This document shows, in pieces, positions 32,383-47,085 of a stretch of 64,000 nt of DNA. Source of the stretch: Eledone cirrhosa (Eukaryota); assembly GCA_964016885.1 (NCBI GenBank), contig OZ024751.1:13454001-13518000 (forward strand). Direction: 5' to 3'. Positions within the stretch are counted from its first letter, which is position 1; each line of letters starts with the position of its first letter. Both the position numbers and the translations under genes were made by a program. The notes below the pieces were generated by a model. That model ran no database searches and was not told the origin of the DNA. It was given only the letters and a program-made list of their open reading frames with translations.

Positions 32383-33523
32383 TGAACTGATAGAATTGCG
32401 GGAGCATCTGACAAAATACTTTCTAATATTTAGCTATGGCCCGCAACATTCCAAGCTCAAATCTCGCTGAGGGTTAACTTTGTCATCCTTTCAGTTGTTG
32501 ACCTAATAAAGTGCCATTTATTGGGTCAATACAATCAATTTTTCCGTCACCTCAAATTGCTGACGTTGTGCCAAAGTTGGGAGCCAGTCATTTTTTTCAT
32601 ATGCATTTTCTCTGCACAACTAGGGGCAGGTCTGTGCTCCTAGGGAAGGTACAATATTTTATTTGGGGTTTTGTACAGTTTATTGGATTTTTAAAAAAAA
32701 GCAGCGAATAGTCTCAGCCGTTAAAACGACTGCTTCGTGGTTTCAGTCTGACTCCTTACGCTGTGAGTTCAAATCCCACCACGATTAATTTTGCCTTTCA
32801 TCATTTCTAGGCCAATCAATAAAGTACCACCAGTCAAGTACTGGGGTAGACTCTTCTATATCTCTTTCTTTCTCAATCCACCTATCTTCTTCGCCTTCTC
32901 TCTCTCTCTCTTCCTCGTACACATATATGCAAGTCTGTGATTGCTTGCTTGCTTGTATGTAATGTAATACAGTCAAAAGGGCGCATAATGGGAAAATACT
33001 TTGAAAGGAACTTGCCCCTAAAATGGGAATAGAAATGGAATAAAACAAGTTTCGCGTAAATCGAAGCACGGGTTCCCGAGATATGGGGTTTTCTGGGTAC
33101 CTTCATAAACAAAGAGAGAGAAGGATAGAGAGAAATAGATAGTGGTTGTGAGAGAGTAGATTGAAAGAGAGAGATGGAGAGAGGGAGAGGAGAAAGAGAA
33201 GGAGAATGAGAATGGAAGAGAGAGAGCAGGTGGTGGTGTTGTGTATATATATGAGCGCGTGTGTATATGTGTGTGTCTATGACCATTGTATATAGATCAG
33301 ACACCCACACATATATATGTATAAACACACACACATTTATATATATAATATATATATATATATATACACAGATGTATATATATGGGCCTTCCAGTTTCAT
33401 TTCACATTATATACATGGCTGTGTATATTTTAATTATTTAGAAATTATTTTTAAGTGAACATGATTTAAAAAAATATTTTGAAGTGAATGTGACACAATG
33501 GGTCACGGGTGGTCTAGTATAAT

Positions 33524-33711
33524 ATAATTGTTTCTACTTTTGGCACAAGGCCAGCAATCACCCAGTACATTACTGGTACTTTATTTTATCGACCCCGTAA
33601 GGATGAAAGGCAAAGTTCACCTCGGTGGGATTTGAACTCAGAATGGAAAGGGGCGTAACTCTATGCGTCAAAGCATGGTGTCCGACCCTCTACCGATACT
33701 GCCGATCCACA
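33524..33711 (-). mobile_element. tRNA-derived SINE (main family)
   Basis: Reverse complement of the consensus. Confidence 0.88.
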
Positions 33712-33927
33712 GTATAATATAATATTAGCAGTTTGATTAAACTTCGCACTAGCAACAGTTTTAAGACGAACAGTCCCATCTTTTCATTTAATCCCTGGAA
33801 ATCACTACGGTTTCGGTAAATATTAAGATTGATACGAATATATATATGGACCTGTTATTTTTATCTAAAGACATGTTTTCCAATTCTAACCCGCCCGTCC
33901 CCTCAATCTATCTTATTTCTCATTCTT

Positions 33928-33969
33928 TCTTCTGATGAAGGACCAGCGTCCGAAACCGAAACGTTAAGA
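33928..33969 (+). ncRNA. Minimal type I hammerhead ribozyme motif
   Basis: tctt-CTGATGA-a-ggac-cagc-gtcc-GAAA-(ccgaaa duplication)-cg-TT-aaga. Stem I tctt/aaga, stem II ggac/gtcc. Confidence 0.7.
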
Positions 33970-34483
33970 CTCTCTTCCTGCTATATCAAGCGTTAACCTA
34001 ATATATACCTTCCATTTCCTGTACCGATTGTGTTGTTATTTCTGTTTACCTTTTACATACATTATACATACATTATATATATATATAAAATATTCGCTGC
34101 TACCATTTTATTATCAACCCCGGAAGGATGAAAAGAAAATTCGAAACCTTAATGCTAAAAACACAAACTTACACGTCATTAACTATGCTCATATAAATAC
34201 TAAAGACAAAGTAGGCAGGAGGTGGAATAAAATAATTTCCAGGAGAGATTAAAAGATTGATGGTGTGGAGTGGAGCTAAAAACACTCTATGACATACTTA
34301 AATTTAATGACTTCAGCCTTGCAACGGTTTTTGCTTGCGAATGAGAAATTTTCACAAATTTTCCTAATTTTTCAGTGTAAAACGAAACAGGAATCAAAAA
34401 AATCTCTTGCTGTGAATTCAAAACTTTTAATACAACTTCTATAAATGTAATGACAGAAACATACATATGTATATACATACTTA

Positions 34484-34521
<38 letters not shown>

Positions 34522-34659
34522 TATATGTATATACTATTTATTTATTTATATATATATATATACACATGCATACATACATACATACATACATACATTTTCC
34601 TTCCTCTGTATACATATGTATATAAATACTCACTCTCTCACACACATATATGTATATAC

Positions 34660-34712
<53 letters not shown>

Positions 34713-34829
34713 GCACCCACACACACACATACATACATACATACATATATATTTTCCTTCATTCGTATACATATGTATATAAATACTCTCTCTCTCACAC
34801 ACACATATATATACTATTTATTTATTTAT

Positions 34830-34884
<55 letters not shown>

Positions 34885-36902
34885 CATTCCTTCGTATACA
34901 TATGGATAGATAAAAAAAACAAGGCGAGAAGGGATGGTATAGCGTGATATATAGTTTATAATTTTGGATTCATGCTGTGTGTATATATATGTGCATGTGT
35001 ATATATGTGTGCATATGCATATATGTGAGTGTGTATGTGTGTGTACAGACAAAAATGTAACAAAGATTAAAAGATAGCAATGTATTTCAGCATGAATGTG
35101 TGTATGTGTGTTTTTATGAATGTATGCGTAACTTTGTATATGCAATACATACAATGAGAGATAGAGAGAGAGCGATAGTGTGTGAGTGTGTGTGTGTGTG
35201 TGTGCGTGCGTGCGTGGTGCTTTGAAAAAAAAATGTTTTATATATTTTTATTTTATACAGACTTGTTCTATATATCCTTCATTAATTCTTCACCTTTTGT
35301 TTGGAACAACACAATTCCAATGTGGGTATATATTTCAAGAAATTCTCGGTCTAATCTTCAGGATGAAGTTATTGTCTTGTATGTATATATATATATATAT
35401 ATAATTGGTGTTGGATGCTTAAAGCGTCCGTATGCGGTAGGCCGTATGAGCACTCGATGCTCTCATAGAGCAGAGTATGATATCACAGAAAAAAAGAGAA
35501 TCAGTGTTGCGACGAATAGAATTTATTGGACATATTACAATCGTTTCTCTGGCGACCAGCTCGAGGCACGATCGATTTGATGATCAAACCTGACTCTGAA
35601 AATCGCAAAGTCCTTATTAATAATTACGGTAATTTAATTAATAAAAAAATGAATTATTTGCAACTTGTCTCCATAAATCCGGAAAGACATTTCAAGCATC
35701 ATACGAATTTAGAAAAAAATACAGACTAAGAAGAAAAAAAAAATTTGCTATTATTAATAATTCTTGAATTATTATTATTATATATATAATGTTTTTCCTT
35801 ACTAAAAAATTGTATATCGGTTTTTTTATATAGTAAATTAATCTCATGATGTGACTCACTATCCTAAGTTCAGTTTTTAGAATGGTCATTGTATAACTAG
35901 AATTTTCTGAATTTGCGGTTTGAAATACCTTCTGGCTTTCAAAGCACTTAGTTAATATAAATGATCACATATGAATTACCTTCCTAAATCATTTTCATTC
36001 TATCCAAATGGATTAATAATGTATATTTAACATAATTTATAATATTAATCCTTAAAAGGAAACTACATATATTATGATATTATGATATAGTTACGGAATT
36101 AAAATCGAAATAATAATACTTTCAAGAGTAAATATAACTACTTATTAATCCTATAAGTAAATGAGAACTGTTTATAATGTAAAAAGGATAATTCAGATAA
36201 TAATTCTAAACATTATATAAAATGCATATACTGATGGTGATATGCAAATAAGTTGTGGTAAATATCCTTATACACATTTAATGTTTGTAAACTTGCTTGA
36301 TAGGTAAAAATGTTTTTGATTATTGAATTTTGTGACAAAATATTGAATATATTTATTATTTAAACTATGCATCTGATTATTATAGAAAATATTTTTATAT
36401 TGTTTAATTTTGATATTAAAAATATTAAAAATTTCCGGTATTTAGTTGATCGCTTCTATTTGACTTAATATTTGAAAACAACGGCCACGCATCATGTCCC
36501 TTTCTTCTTTCTTTCTTTCATTCTTTCTTTTCACAGTCTCTCCTTTTTCTCTCTCCTTTTTCTCTCTCTCTCCTTCGTCTATTTCCTCTTCTTTTTGTTC
36601 TCTCTTCTTTCTTCTCTTCTATCTCTCTCTCTCTCTCTTCCTTTTCTTCCCTAACACGGATATTTACGCATTTAAATATTTAAATATTTATGTAGGTGTG
36701 TGTTTATTTATTTCTTCTCACCTTTTCTCATACTCACCCCTCCTTATACTTATATCTCGCTCCACATCTTCTTCATCATATTTAAGTTTATCATGTTATT
36801 ATTTGTGGTATATAAATATTGAGATTTGTTGTAATAAATCACTGCCAAGACTGGAATTGAACCATCAAGACAGTTGAGGTATGTCATACATCAATTCATG
36901 TA

Positions 36903-36966
36903 TTTTATCTGATGAGGACGTACTGAAAAAACAGCACAGTGCCTCCGAAATATATATATAATAAAA
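36903..36966 (+). ncRNA. Minimal type I hammerhead ribozyme motif
   Basis: ttttat-CTGATGA-ggacgtactg..cagtgcctcc-GAAA-tatatata-TA-ataaaa. All three stems pair. Confidence 0.85.
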
Positions 36967-37011
36967 CACGATATTAAACAAATGGAAACTATATTTATAA
37001 AACCATATTTA

Positions 37012-37073
37012 TTTCATTATACATATTTCGGGGATACCATATTAAAAATATGGCATGCCTTCTTCAGATAAAA
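37012..37073 (-). ncRNA. Minimal type I hammerhead ribozyme motif
   Basis: Minus strand: ttttat-CTGAAGA-aggcatgccatatt..aatatggtatcccc-GAAA-tatgta-TA-atgaaa. Confidence 0.8.
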
Positions 37074-37135
37074 TACAATATATATATATTGTATTTTATC
37101 TGAAGAAGGCATAAATACAATATATATATATTGTA

Positions 37136-37197
37136 TTTTATCTGAAGAAGGCATGCCAAATTTTTAATATGGTATCCCCGAAATATGTATAATGAAA
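37136..37197 (+). ncRNA. Minimal type I hammerhead ribozyme motif (inverted copy of 37012-37073)
   Basis: ttttat-CTGAAGA-aggcatgcca..tggtatcccc-GAAA-tatgta-TA-atgaaa. Confidence 0.8.
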
Positions 37198-37482
37198 TAT
37201 GGTTTTATAAATATAGTTTCCATTTGTTTAATATCGTATATCTACTCCAATTCTTGTCGAGTGCTTTATATCAGTTATAAAATATTTACTTGTTGTAACC
37301 CAACAATTTTAAATAAAACTTTTGCATATATATAATCAAATATATATTTTGATTATGTGAACGTCTTCATTTATTAATATTTTGAATAATATTAATAACT
37401 CCAGAAAACTTTATGTAGAGTGCTTTTAATCTATTGTAAAACTATATTCATTGAGTAATTAATGAACCATATAAGTCTTTGG

Positions 37483-37526
<44 letters not shown>

Positions 37527-37689
37527 CTTTATCTATGCATGTGTGTGTGTGTCTATATGTATGTATTTATTGATGTGCATATTTATTTGTGTGTATGTGT
37601 CTCTGTATACGTGTATGTATGCGTGTATGCGTGTGTGTGTATGCGTGTGTGTATGTATATATGCGTGTGTATGCATGCATGTGTGATTG

Positions 37690-40162
37690 TATGTATGTCT
37701 TTATGTATGCCTTTAAACGTATGTATAACTTTATATGTATGTATGACTTTAAATGTATGTATGACTTTAAATGTATGTATGACTTTATATGTATGTCTTT
37801 ATATGTATGTATGACTTTATATGTATGTATGACTTTATATGTATGTATGACTTTAAATGTATGTATGACTTTAAATGTATGTATGACTTTAAATGTATGT
37901 ATGACTTTAAATGTATGTATGACTTTATATGTATGACTTTATATGTATGTATGACTTTATATGTATGTATGATTTTATATGTATGTATGACTTTATATGT
38001 ATGTATGACTTTATATGTATGTATGACTTTATATGTATGTCTTTATATGTATGTATGTCTTTATACGTATGTATGTCTTTATATGTATGTATGTCTTTAT
38101 ATGTATGTATAACTTTATATGTATGTCTTTATATGTATGTATGTCTTTATATGTATGTATGTCTTTATACGTATGTATGTCTTTATATGTATGTATGTCT
38201 TTATATGTATGTATGTCTTTATATGTATGTATGACTTTATATGTATGTATGCCTTTATATGTATGTATGCCTTTATATGTATGTCTTTATATGTATGTAT
38301 GCCTTTATATGTATGTATAACTTTATATCTATGTATGTCTTTATATGTATGTATGACTTTATATGTATGTCTTTATATGTATGTATGCCTTTATATGTAT
38401 GTATAACTTTATATGTATGTATGACTTTATATGTATGTATGCCTTTATATGTATGTCTTTATATGTATGTATGTCTTTATATGTATGTATGTCTTTATAT
38501 GTATGACTTTATATGTATGTATGACTTTATATGTATGTATGACTTTATATGTATGTATGACTTTATATGTATGTATGCCTTTATATGTATGTCTTTATAT
38601 GTATGTATGCCTTTATATGTATGTATAACTTTATATGTATGTATGTCTTTATATGTATGTATATCTTTATATGTATGTATGCCTTTATATGTATGTATAA
38701 CTTTATATGTATGTATGACTTTATATGTATGTCTTTATATGTATGTATGTCTTTATATGTATGTATGTCTTTATATGTATGACTTTATATGTATGTATGA
38801 CTTTATATGTATGTATGACTTTATATGTATGTATGTCTTTATATGTATGTATGTCTTTATATGTATGTATGTCTTTATATGTATGTATGTCTTTATATGT
38901 ATGTATGACTTTATATGTATGTATGCCTTTATATGTATGTATGTCTTTATATGTATGTATGACTTTATATGTATGTATAACTTTATATGTATGTATGCCT
39001 TTATATGTATGTATGTCTTTATATGTATGTATGTCTTTATATGTATGTATGTCTTTATATGTATGTATGACTTTATATGTATGTATGACTTTATATGTAT
39101 GTATGTCTTTATATGTATGTATGTCTTTATATGTATGTATGACTTTATATGTATGTATGCCTTTATATGTATGTCTTTATATGTATGTATGCCTTTATAT
39201 GTATGTATAACTTTATATGTATGTATGACTTTATATGTATGTATGTCTTTATATGTATGTATGTCTTTATATGTATGTATGTCTTTATATGTATGTATGA
39301 CTTTATATGTATGTATGACTTTATATGTATGTATGCCTTTATATGTATGTATGTCTTTATATGTATGTATGACTTTATATGTATGTATGCCTTTATATGT
39401 ATGTCTTTATATGTATGTATGCCTTTATATGTATGTATAACTTTATATGTATGTATGCCTTTATATGTATGTATGTATGTCTTTATATGTATGTATGTCT
39501 TTATATGTATGTATGTCTTTATATGTATGTATGACTTTATATGTATGTATGACTTTATATGTATGTATGTCTTTATATGTATGTATGACTTTATATGTAT
39601 GTATGCCTTTATATGTATGTCTTTATATGTATGTATGCCTTTATATGTATGTATAACTTTATATGTATGTATGACTTTATATGTATGTATGTCTTTATAT
39701 GTATGTATGTCTTTATATGTATGTATGACTTTATATGTATGTATGACTTTATATGTATGTATGCCTTTATATGTATGTATGTCTTTATATGTATGCATGA
39801 CTTTATATGTATGTATGCCTTTATATGTATGTCTTTATATGTATGTATGCCTTTATATGTATGTATAACTTTATATGTATGTATGACTTTATATGTATGT
39901 ATGACTTTATATGTATGTATGACTTTATATGTATGCCTTTATATGTATGTATGCCTTTATATGTATGTATGTCTTTATATGTATGTCTTTATATGTATGT
40001 ATGCCTTTATATGTATGTATAACTTTATATGTATGTATGACTTTATATGTATGTATGCCTTTATATGTATGTATGCCTTTATATGTATGTATGTCTTTAT
40101 ATGTATGTATGACTTTATATGTATGTATGCCTTTATATGTATGTATGTCTTTATATGTATGT
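37690..40162. repeat. 18-bp minisatellite ctttatatgtatgtat(ga/gt/gc/aa), roughly 140 units, with 14-bp variants
   Basis: Direct reading; unit count estimated from length. Confidence 0.97.
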
Positions 40163-40489
40163 ATTTGTATCTACCCATAATTTCTGTTAAAGTCGTAGGG
40201 ACGCTGTAGTGAAACAGAGCGGGTCATCGATATTTTAAAACTTCTCCAATTCTGAACACAGCCGATTTCTTTCAGAGAATAGGAAGGGGGAGGGGGTGAT
40301 AATGAGGAAGTGATAAGTTCTTTGTATCGACCTCAAAATATATAATGATTTCTTACGAATGAAACAGTTCTAGTCCCGTAGAAGTCATTTCTATAATATA
40401 ACAAACATGCCTATACTCTACTAATGTATTACGTACCATCTTTTAACTGGGGTCATCTCCCGATATACATCGGGTATCCACCTTTATAT

Positions 40490-41287
40490 TAGGCAGGAGA
40501 TTGATTTGAGTGCAATAATTGCAGGAGATGGTGCAGTAATGCACCAGCTTCAGCATTCTGTAATCAGAAGAAGGGAGATTGCTGTAAAAGCCAAACTCTC
40601 TATTTTCAATTCGGTATTCGTGCTAACCCTTGCCTGTGGTCATAACCCTTGGGTAATGACCGGAAGTACACGACCGCGAGACAAGCGACCGAAAGGTGTT
40701 CCTCCAAAGTGTTTTTGGAGTAACGTAACTCGATAGAGCCCGTAACTCGATAGAGCCCGTAACTCGATAGAGACCGTAACTCGATAGAGCCCGTAACTCG
40801 ATAGAGACCGTAACTCGATAGAGACCGTAACTCGATAGAGCCCGTAACTCGATAGAGACCGTAACTTGAAGATCAGTGAGTCACTCAAGGTCGAGTCACT
40901 ACTTCTCACAATTGATAAAAGCCAAACACTATTTTCAATTCGGTATCCGTGCCAACTCTTACCTATGGTCATGCATCTTGGGTAATGACCGAAAGAACAC
41001 GATCGCGAATACAAGCGGCTGAAATGGGGTTCGTCCGAAGGGTCTTTGGAGTAACGTTACTCGATAGAGTGGGTAGCTCGGAGATTAGAGAGTCACTCCA
41101 TGTAGAGCCGCTACTTCTCCGAACTGAGAGATCACAGCTCCCGATAGTATAGCCATGTGGGTAAAATGTCTCAGGAAAGAATCGCTGGACAGATTTTACG
41201 GGCAAAACAAGCCAGCAGGAGACCCAGAGGTAAACACCAAGCAAGATGGATGGATCTATGAGCTTGGCTGATCTCGCTTGGGGATCC
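40490..41287 (+). mobile_element. Decayed RTE-clade LINE (Rex3/Expander-like) fragment, internally duplicated
   Basis: KAKLSIFNSVFVLTLACGH..WVMT and PTLTYGHASWVMTERTRSRIQAAEMGFVRRVFGVTLLDRVGSSEIRESLHVEPLLLRTERSQL match the post-RT region of RTE ORFs; frameshifts and stops. Confidence 0.92.
40725..40866 (+). repeat. 17-bp tandem repeat gtaactcgatagag(c/a)cc x8
   Basis: Direct reading. Confidence 0.95.
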
Positions 41288-41570
41288 ATATTGCCAGTAT
41301 TGCCAATAACAGGAAACGCATCATATAATTTTCACTTTATTATTAGTTTTACGTTAGTTCGTCAAAGTTCTTTCGTCACACATTCTGTAACCTCTTCAAT
41401 GACTATTTGTTCTCTTTCTGGTCTTCATCTACTATTCCATCATTTTTTTTTGCTTTACATATGGTGCGCGTGTTTCTTTTTATTGGCAATACTGGCAACA
41501 TGCTCATCCCCAAATATAAACAATACCGGTTTCATATTAAGAATCTTGTAAAACAAATACACAAACGTAT

Positions 41571-41606
<36 letters not shown>

Positions 41607-41905
41607 GTTACATAATGGTGCGGTTTTGAAAGGTGAATTCTCATTACAATAGGTCAGTGATTGCGGGTGTGTACGATACTGTCGGTAGGGAGGGGTCTTA
41701 GATGGCTTTCTGGCGTTCTTCTAACAGTAATAACAGCCAGTAAGTAGAGTGTAATAGACACAGACATGTGTATATCTATCTATATATATATATATATATA
41801 TATATAGTAAAACGGTGATGATGATTATACATATATATAAACGCACACACATATATAGTGTTACATATACACATATACTTAACCATATAAACACACATAC
41901 ATGCA

Positions 41906-41951
<46 letters not shown>

Positions 41952-42211
41952 TATATAAGAGGTGTTGGTGTGAAGCCTGTCCCCAGTTAACTCCCCTTTC
42001 ATTATCTATTTATTTGTTTATTTATTTGTTTGTTTGTTGAACCTGACGAATTAACTCACCCCCGTCGATTCCTTATCCTCCTACCACGCCCAACAAAAGA
42101 CCCAACACCGCCATAATCTTCACCTCCACCACCACCACCACTTACAAAACCACCAATACCACTATCATTACCATCATCGCTTTTCTACCTCTATAATATT
42201 TACATACACAC

Positions 42212-42690
42212 CTCTATGCACACACACACATATACACATCTATGCACAAACACACATATACACCTCTATGCACAAATACACATATTTCACATCCTATGCA
42301 CAAACACACATATACATATATACACATCCTATGCACAAACACACATATACACATCCTATGCACAAACACACATATACACATCTATGCACAAACACACATA
42401 TACACATCTATGCACAAACACACATATATATCTATGCACAAACGAACATGTACACATCTATGCACACACACATACACACATCTATGCACAAACGAACATA
42501 TACACATACACATACACACATGTATGCACAAACACACATATGCAAATCTATGCACAAACGAACATATACACATCTATGCACACACACACACACATACACA
42601 CATGTATGCACAAACACATATGCACAAACACATACACATCTATGCACAAACACACATACTCACCCATATGCACAAACACATACACATACG
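42212..42690. repeat. About 26-bp minisatellite (tatgcacaaacacacatatacacatc)
   Basis: Direct reading. Confidence 0.88.
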
Positions 42691-43020
42691 TACATACACA
42701 CACGCAGGCTCCTCTAACACACGATGATATCTCCTATAGTCTATATACATATACACATACTTCATATATATAGATATGCACACCACATATACATACATAT
42801 ACACACCACATATACACATACATATACACACCACATATACACATACACATACATGATGAATGTAAAAGCCAGGCCGACCACCCGACCCTCTCCACTGATA
42901 TCGATGACACGATCTAAACCCCCTTACATAACCTCCCACCCACCAACCTTCACACTCCCACTTTCTCACACTTCACCCTAGCGCAGCCCCACCCCACAAT
43001 TCTCCCACACACACGCACAC

Positions 43021-43060
<40 letters not shown>

Positions 43061-43072
43061 ATATATAATGTG

Positions 43073-43103
<31 letters not shown>

Positions 43104-43224
43104 ATGTATATATATATATATATGATATATATGTGTGTATATATATATATGATATATATAATGTAATTATATATATATATATGATATATATAATGTATAT
43201 ATATATATATATATGATATATATA

Positions 43225-43262
<38 letters not shown>

Positions 43263-43299
43263 TAATGTATATATATATATATATATAATATATATAATG

Positions 43300-43332
<33 letters not shown>

Positions 43333-43337
43333 TAATG

Positions 43338-43370
<33 letters not shown>

Positions 43371-43372
43371 TA

Positions 43373-43410
<38 letters not shown>

Positions 43411-43431
43411 TAATGTATATATATATATATG

Positions 43432-43462
<31 letters not shown>

Positions 43463-43463
43463 G

Positions 43464-43494
<31 letters not shown>

Positions 43495-43495
43495 G

Positions 43496-43582
<87 letters not shown>

Positions 43583-43584
43583 TA

Positions 43585-43673
<89 letters not shown>

Positions 43674-43708
43674 ATATATACAATATGTATATATATATAT
43701 ATATATAA
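43021..43708. repeat. (TA)n-based compound repeat
   Basis: Direct reading. Confidence 0.95.
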
Positions 43709-43994
43709 CCTCCTCCATTGTGTATATATATGTGTGTGTGTGTGTGAATATGTATATATACGTATGTAAGTAAATGGGTGTGTATATATATACGTGTGAT
43801 TGTAGTATGTATGTGACACACCCCCGTCCCACATCTAACCCAGACTACCCCACCCCTGCAAAAAATGCAATAATAAACGGTGCGGGGAGTGGGGTGTAGA
43901 ACAATTATTCAAGGAACAAAAGATTCGGCAGATGACACAACATTTTATCGTCACCTTTGTCATTCCTCAGCCAGCCTCCTTTACCAATATCTAC

Positions 43995-44197
43995 ATCGTG
44001 TCACCTCTTGTTACACCACCACTACCACCAACACCCTCTCATCAGCTCTACCGCAACACACACACATACAGACACATTAATACACATACACAGAGACCAT
44101 ACAGTGTCACCTCTTCTAACGCCACCTCCAACACCACCACCACCACCACCACCCTCTCATTATCAGCTCTACCACAACGCCACACACGCACATATAT

Positions 44198-44243
<46 letters not shown>

Positions 44244-45410
44244 TACACAGTGTCACCCCTTCTAACACCACCTCCAACACCACCCTCTCATTATCAGCTC
44301 TACCGCAATACACACACACACACATATATACACATACATACTCAGACACACATAGACAGCGTCACCTCTTCTAACGCCACCTCCAAAACCACTCATCATC
44401 AGCTCTACCACAACTCACAAACACACACATACAACAATAGCAATTATCATAACACCTACCGTCAATACTATCATCAAAATCACCACGACACACCTTTTCG
44501 CCACCACTACAACCACCACCACCACCACCACCACCAACCATTCCTACAATTGCAATAAAAACAACAACAATAACAACCTAACAACAAAGGTAGCAGCCAA
44601 GGCAATTAGCACTAAAACCACCACCACCACCACCGCCTCCGCCACCTCTACCACTGTCACCGCCGCCTCATCACCAACAACGGCAAGAACTGTAGTAATT
44701 ATCATCAAACGTGGACTCACCGCCAACAACATCAAACGTAGCCACAACCGACATCAACAATACTAACACTACCACCATCACCATCACCACTACTACCGCC
44801 ACCACTTCTACCATTAAGACAGACAAGTACAACATCTTCGCGAAAACCAAAACCACAACCAGCACCACAACCACCACCACCATCACCACACCAAAACAAC
44901 CACAATAACCAACACAACAACCACACTATTAACATCAACCTTTCGACACTGTCTCTCATAAATATCATCACATCTACCATCACAACAACAACAACAACGA
45001 GGACGATGATAACCGTAACCACTGCCGTCGAAATAACTACCACTACCATCACTATAGTAACCACAATATAAACAACAATAACCAACACTCACTATCATAA
45101 ACATCACAACCACTACCATCACAACAACAACAACAGTAACCACTACCATCGATATAACCACCACAACCACTACCATCACAACAACAACAGTAACCACTAC
45201 CATCGATATAACCACACAAACATCACAACAACAACAGTAACCACTACCATCGATATAACCACACAAACATCACAACAACAACAGTAACCACCACTACCAT
45301 AACAACAACAACAACAGTAACCACTGCTGTCGATATAACCACAACAACCATCACAACAACAACAACCATCATTACAACTATATCGACAGCAGTAACCACT
45401 ACTGTCGATA
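43995..45410. repeat. CA-rich low-complexity region with local tandem duplications (gtgtcacctctt..atcagctctacc x4; cagtaaccactaccatcgatataacc x about 5)
   Basis: Direct reading. Confidence 0.8.
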
Positions 45411-45672
45411 TAGGCTCCAGGTTTGTTTGTTGTTCTGAGAAATACGAGTTCTGTCAATCCATCGAAAAAAAGAAAAAAAAAAGAAATGAAATTTGAGCTC
45501 AAAAATTCAAAATTTCAGTAACAAAGGTTTGAAGAAGGCGGGGGCCAATGTTTAATCATTTGAAATAAAACTATTAACACGCCAAAACAGAGCAAGATGA
45601 CCAGAGACTTCTAACACCGCTTATTATAAGTGAGAGTGTCCTTTTTCTCGTATGAATTTAGATAAATATGAA

Positions 45673-45709
<37 letters not shown>

Positions 45710-45786
45710 CAAGTTAATATAAATTAATATATGATAAACACCTAAGTGTTTGTATTGTAAAAGACGAAGTTAGCTAGAATGTAATA

Positions 45787-45846
<60 letters not shown>

Positions 45847-45890
45847 CTTTAAAATATTAATAAATATAGACATTCATGTGATCAAATATA

Positions 45891-45952
45891 TTTTATTATA
45901 CATATTTCAGAGGTACTGAGCTATTTCATCAGTACGTCCTCATCAGATAAAA
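45891..45952 (-). ncRNA. Minimal type I hammerhead ribozyme motif (same family as 36903)
   Basis: Minus strand: ttttat-CTGATGA-ggacgtactga..tcagtacctct-GAAA-tatgta-TA-ataaaa; shares the upstream ccaagactggaattgaaccatca with 36845. Confidence 0.82.
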
Positions 45953-46164
45953 TGAATTGATGTCTGACTGTGCTGATGGTTCAATTCCAGTCTTGGAATG
46001 TATTGTAAAACTTTATTCATTGATTAGTCAATGAACCTTGTTAAACTTTTGGTTATATATATATATATATATATATATAGTAATAATAATAAATTTGAAG
46101 ACAAAAATCCAAAGAGGGCTCGATAAGGATAAATATATATCAAATATATAAGAACCGTAGAGCA

Positions 46165-46355
46165 AATATTTATTAAAATAACAGATTAAAGTTTAAGCAA
46201 AGAATCGCTGCTTTCCTGTCTTCCTCCGGTTGCAACGTTTTTTGAAATATTCACTTCTGCGTTCACAGATTGATTTTGTTAGTTTCAGAAGATCCCGTTA
46301 AGGGTGAAAGCAGCGATTCTTTGCTTAAACTTTAATCTGTTATTTTAATAAATAT
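46165..46355. repeat. About 50-bp inverted repeat with a 90-bp spacer
   Basis: atatttattaaaataacagattaaagtttaagcaaagaatcgctgctttc / gaaagcagcgattctttgcttaaactttaatctgttattttaataaatat. Confidence 0.9.
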
Positions 46356-46513
46356 ATATATATATATATATAATTATAAAATATGAGGAAATAATAGACA
46401 AAAATATACCTACTTTTTCTTCAAAGTCCCGACTGCAGATTCGAAGATTTGTGTGCAACGTTCTGCACTATAAACATGGATCATCGCTGTAAGGTTGATA
46501 CGGTTTATCAAGA

Positions 46514-46545
<32 letters not shown>

Positions 46546-46743
46546 CAATTTAGGAAAGTTGATTGATCAGATAGATAATCAACCGACTTTTGAGGTAAAC
46601 AAGCGTAAAGCACTCTCCGATTTATATTCATTAAAATGCTTATCGAAGAGGTATTAATCGAAGTTTCGATATTATAAAGAAGAGAGACGGTTTTAAATGT
46701 ACATCCCTGTTATATATAATGTTCATTTAAAACAGTCTCTCTT

Positions 46744-46785
<42 letters not shown>

Positions 46786-47085
46786 CCACGAAAAAAGCCA
46801 TAAAAATCGCGGAAGATATTTACTATTCCGCGAATATGCGGTGATTTTCATGAACTATTATTAGTTAGGATCTGAGCAAAACCCCGCGAATAACTAAGAC
46901 CGCGAATGTCAGGAACACAGGCTATATATATAAATACAGCGGGCTTCAAAAGTAGGTATACAGTAATGAAAAACAAAACGTGAGCATGTATGTAAAAAGT
47001 ATACGGAAAGAACAAAGTAAACGATATACGACACAGTACAATGAAGAAATATATTAGTTTAACGCTTGAAATGATAGGAAAAGAG

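Noticed and set aside
35325-35570. Possible minus-strand hammerhead relics (CTGAAGA..GAAATATATA; GAAACGATTGTA..AATAAA)
   Set aside because: Stem I or the 5' core is missing; too degenerate to call.
37690-40866. CRISPR-like arrays (18-bp and 17-bp repeats)
   Set aside because: Head-to-tail tandem units with no unique spacers; eukaryotic context; no cas genes.
46785-46960. Tigger/mariner-like fragments (ccgcgaata motifs; tacagcgggcttcaaaagtaggtatacag)
   Set aside because: No matching second TIR found; too decayed to delimit.
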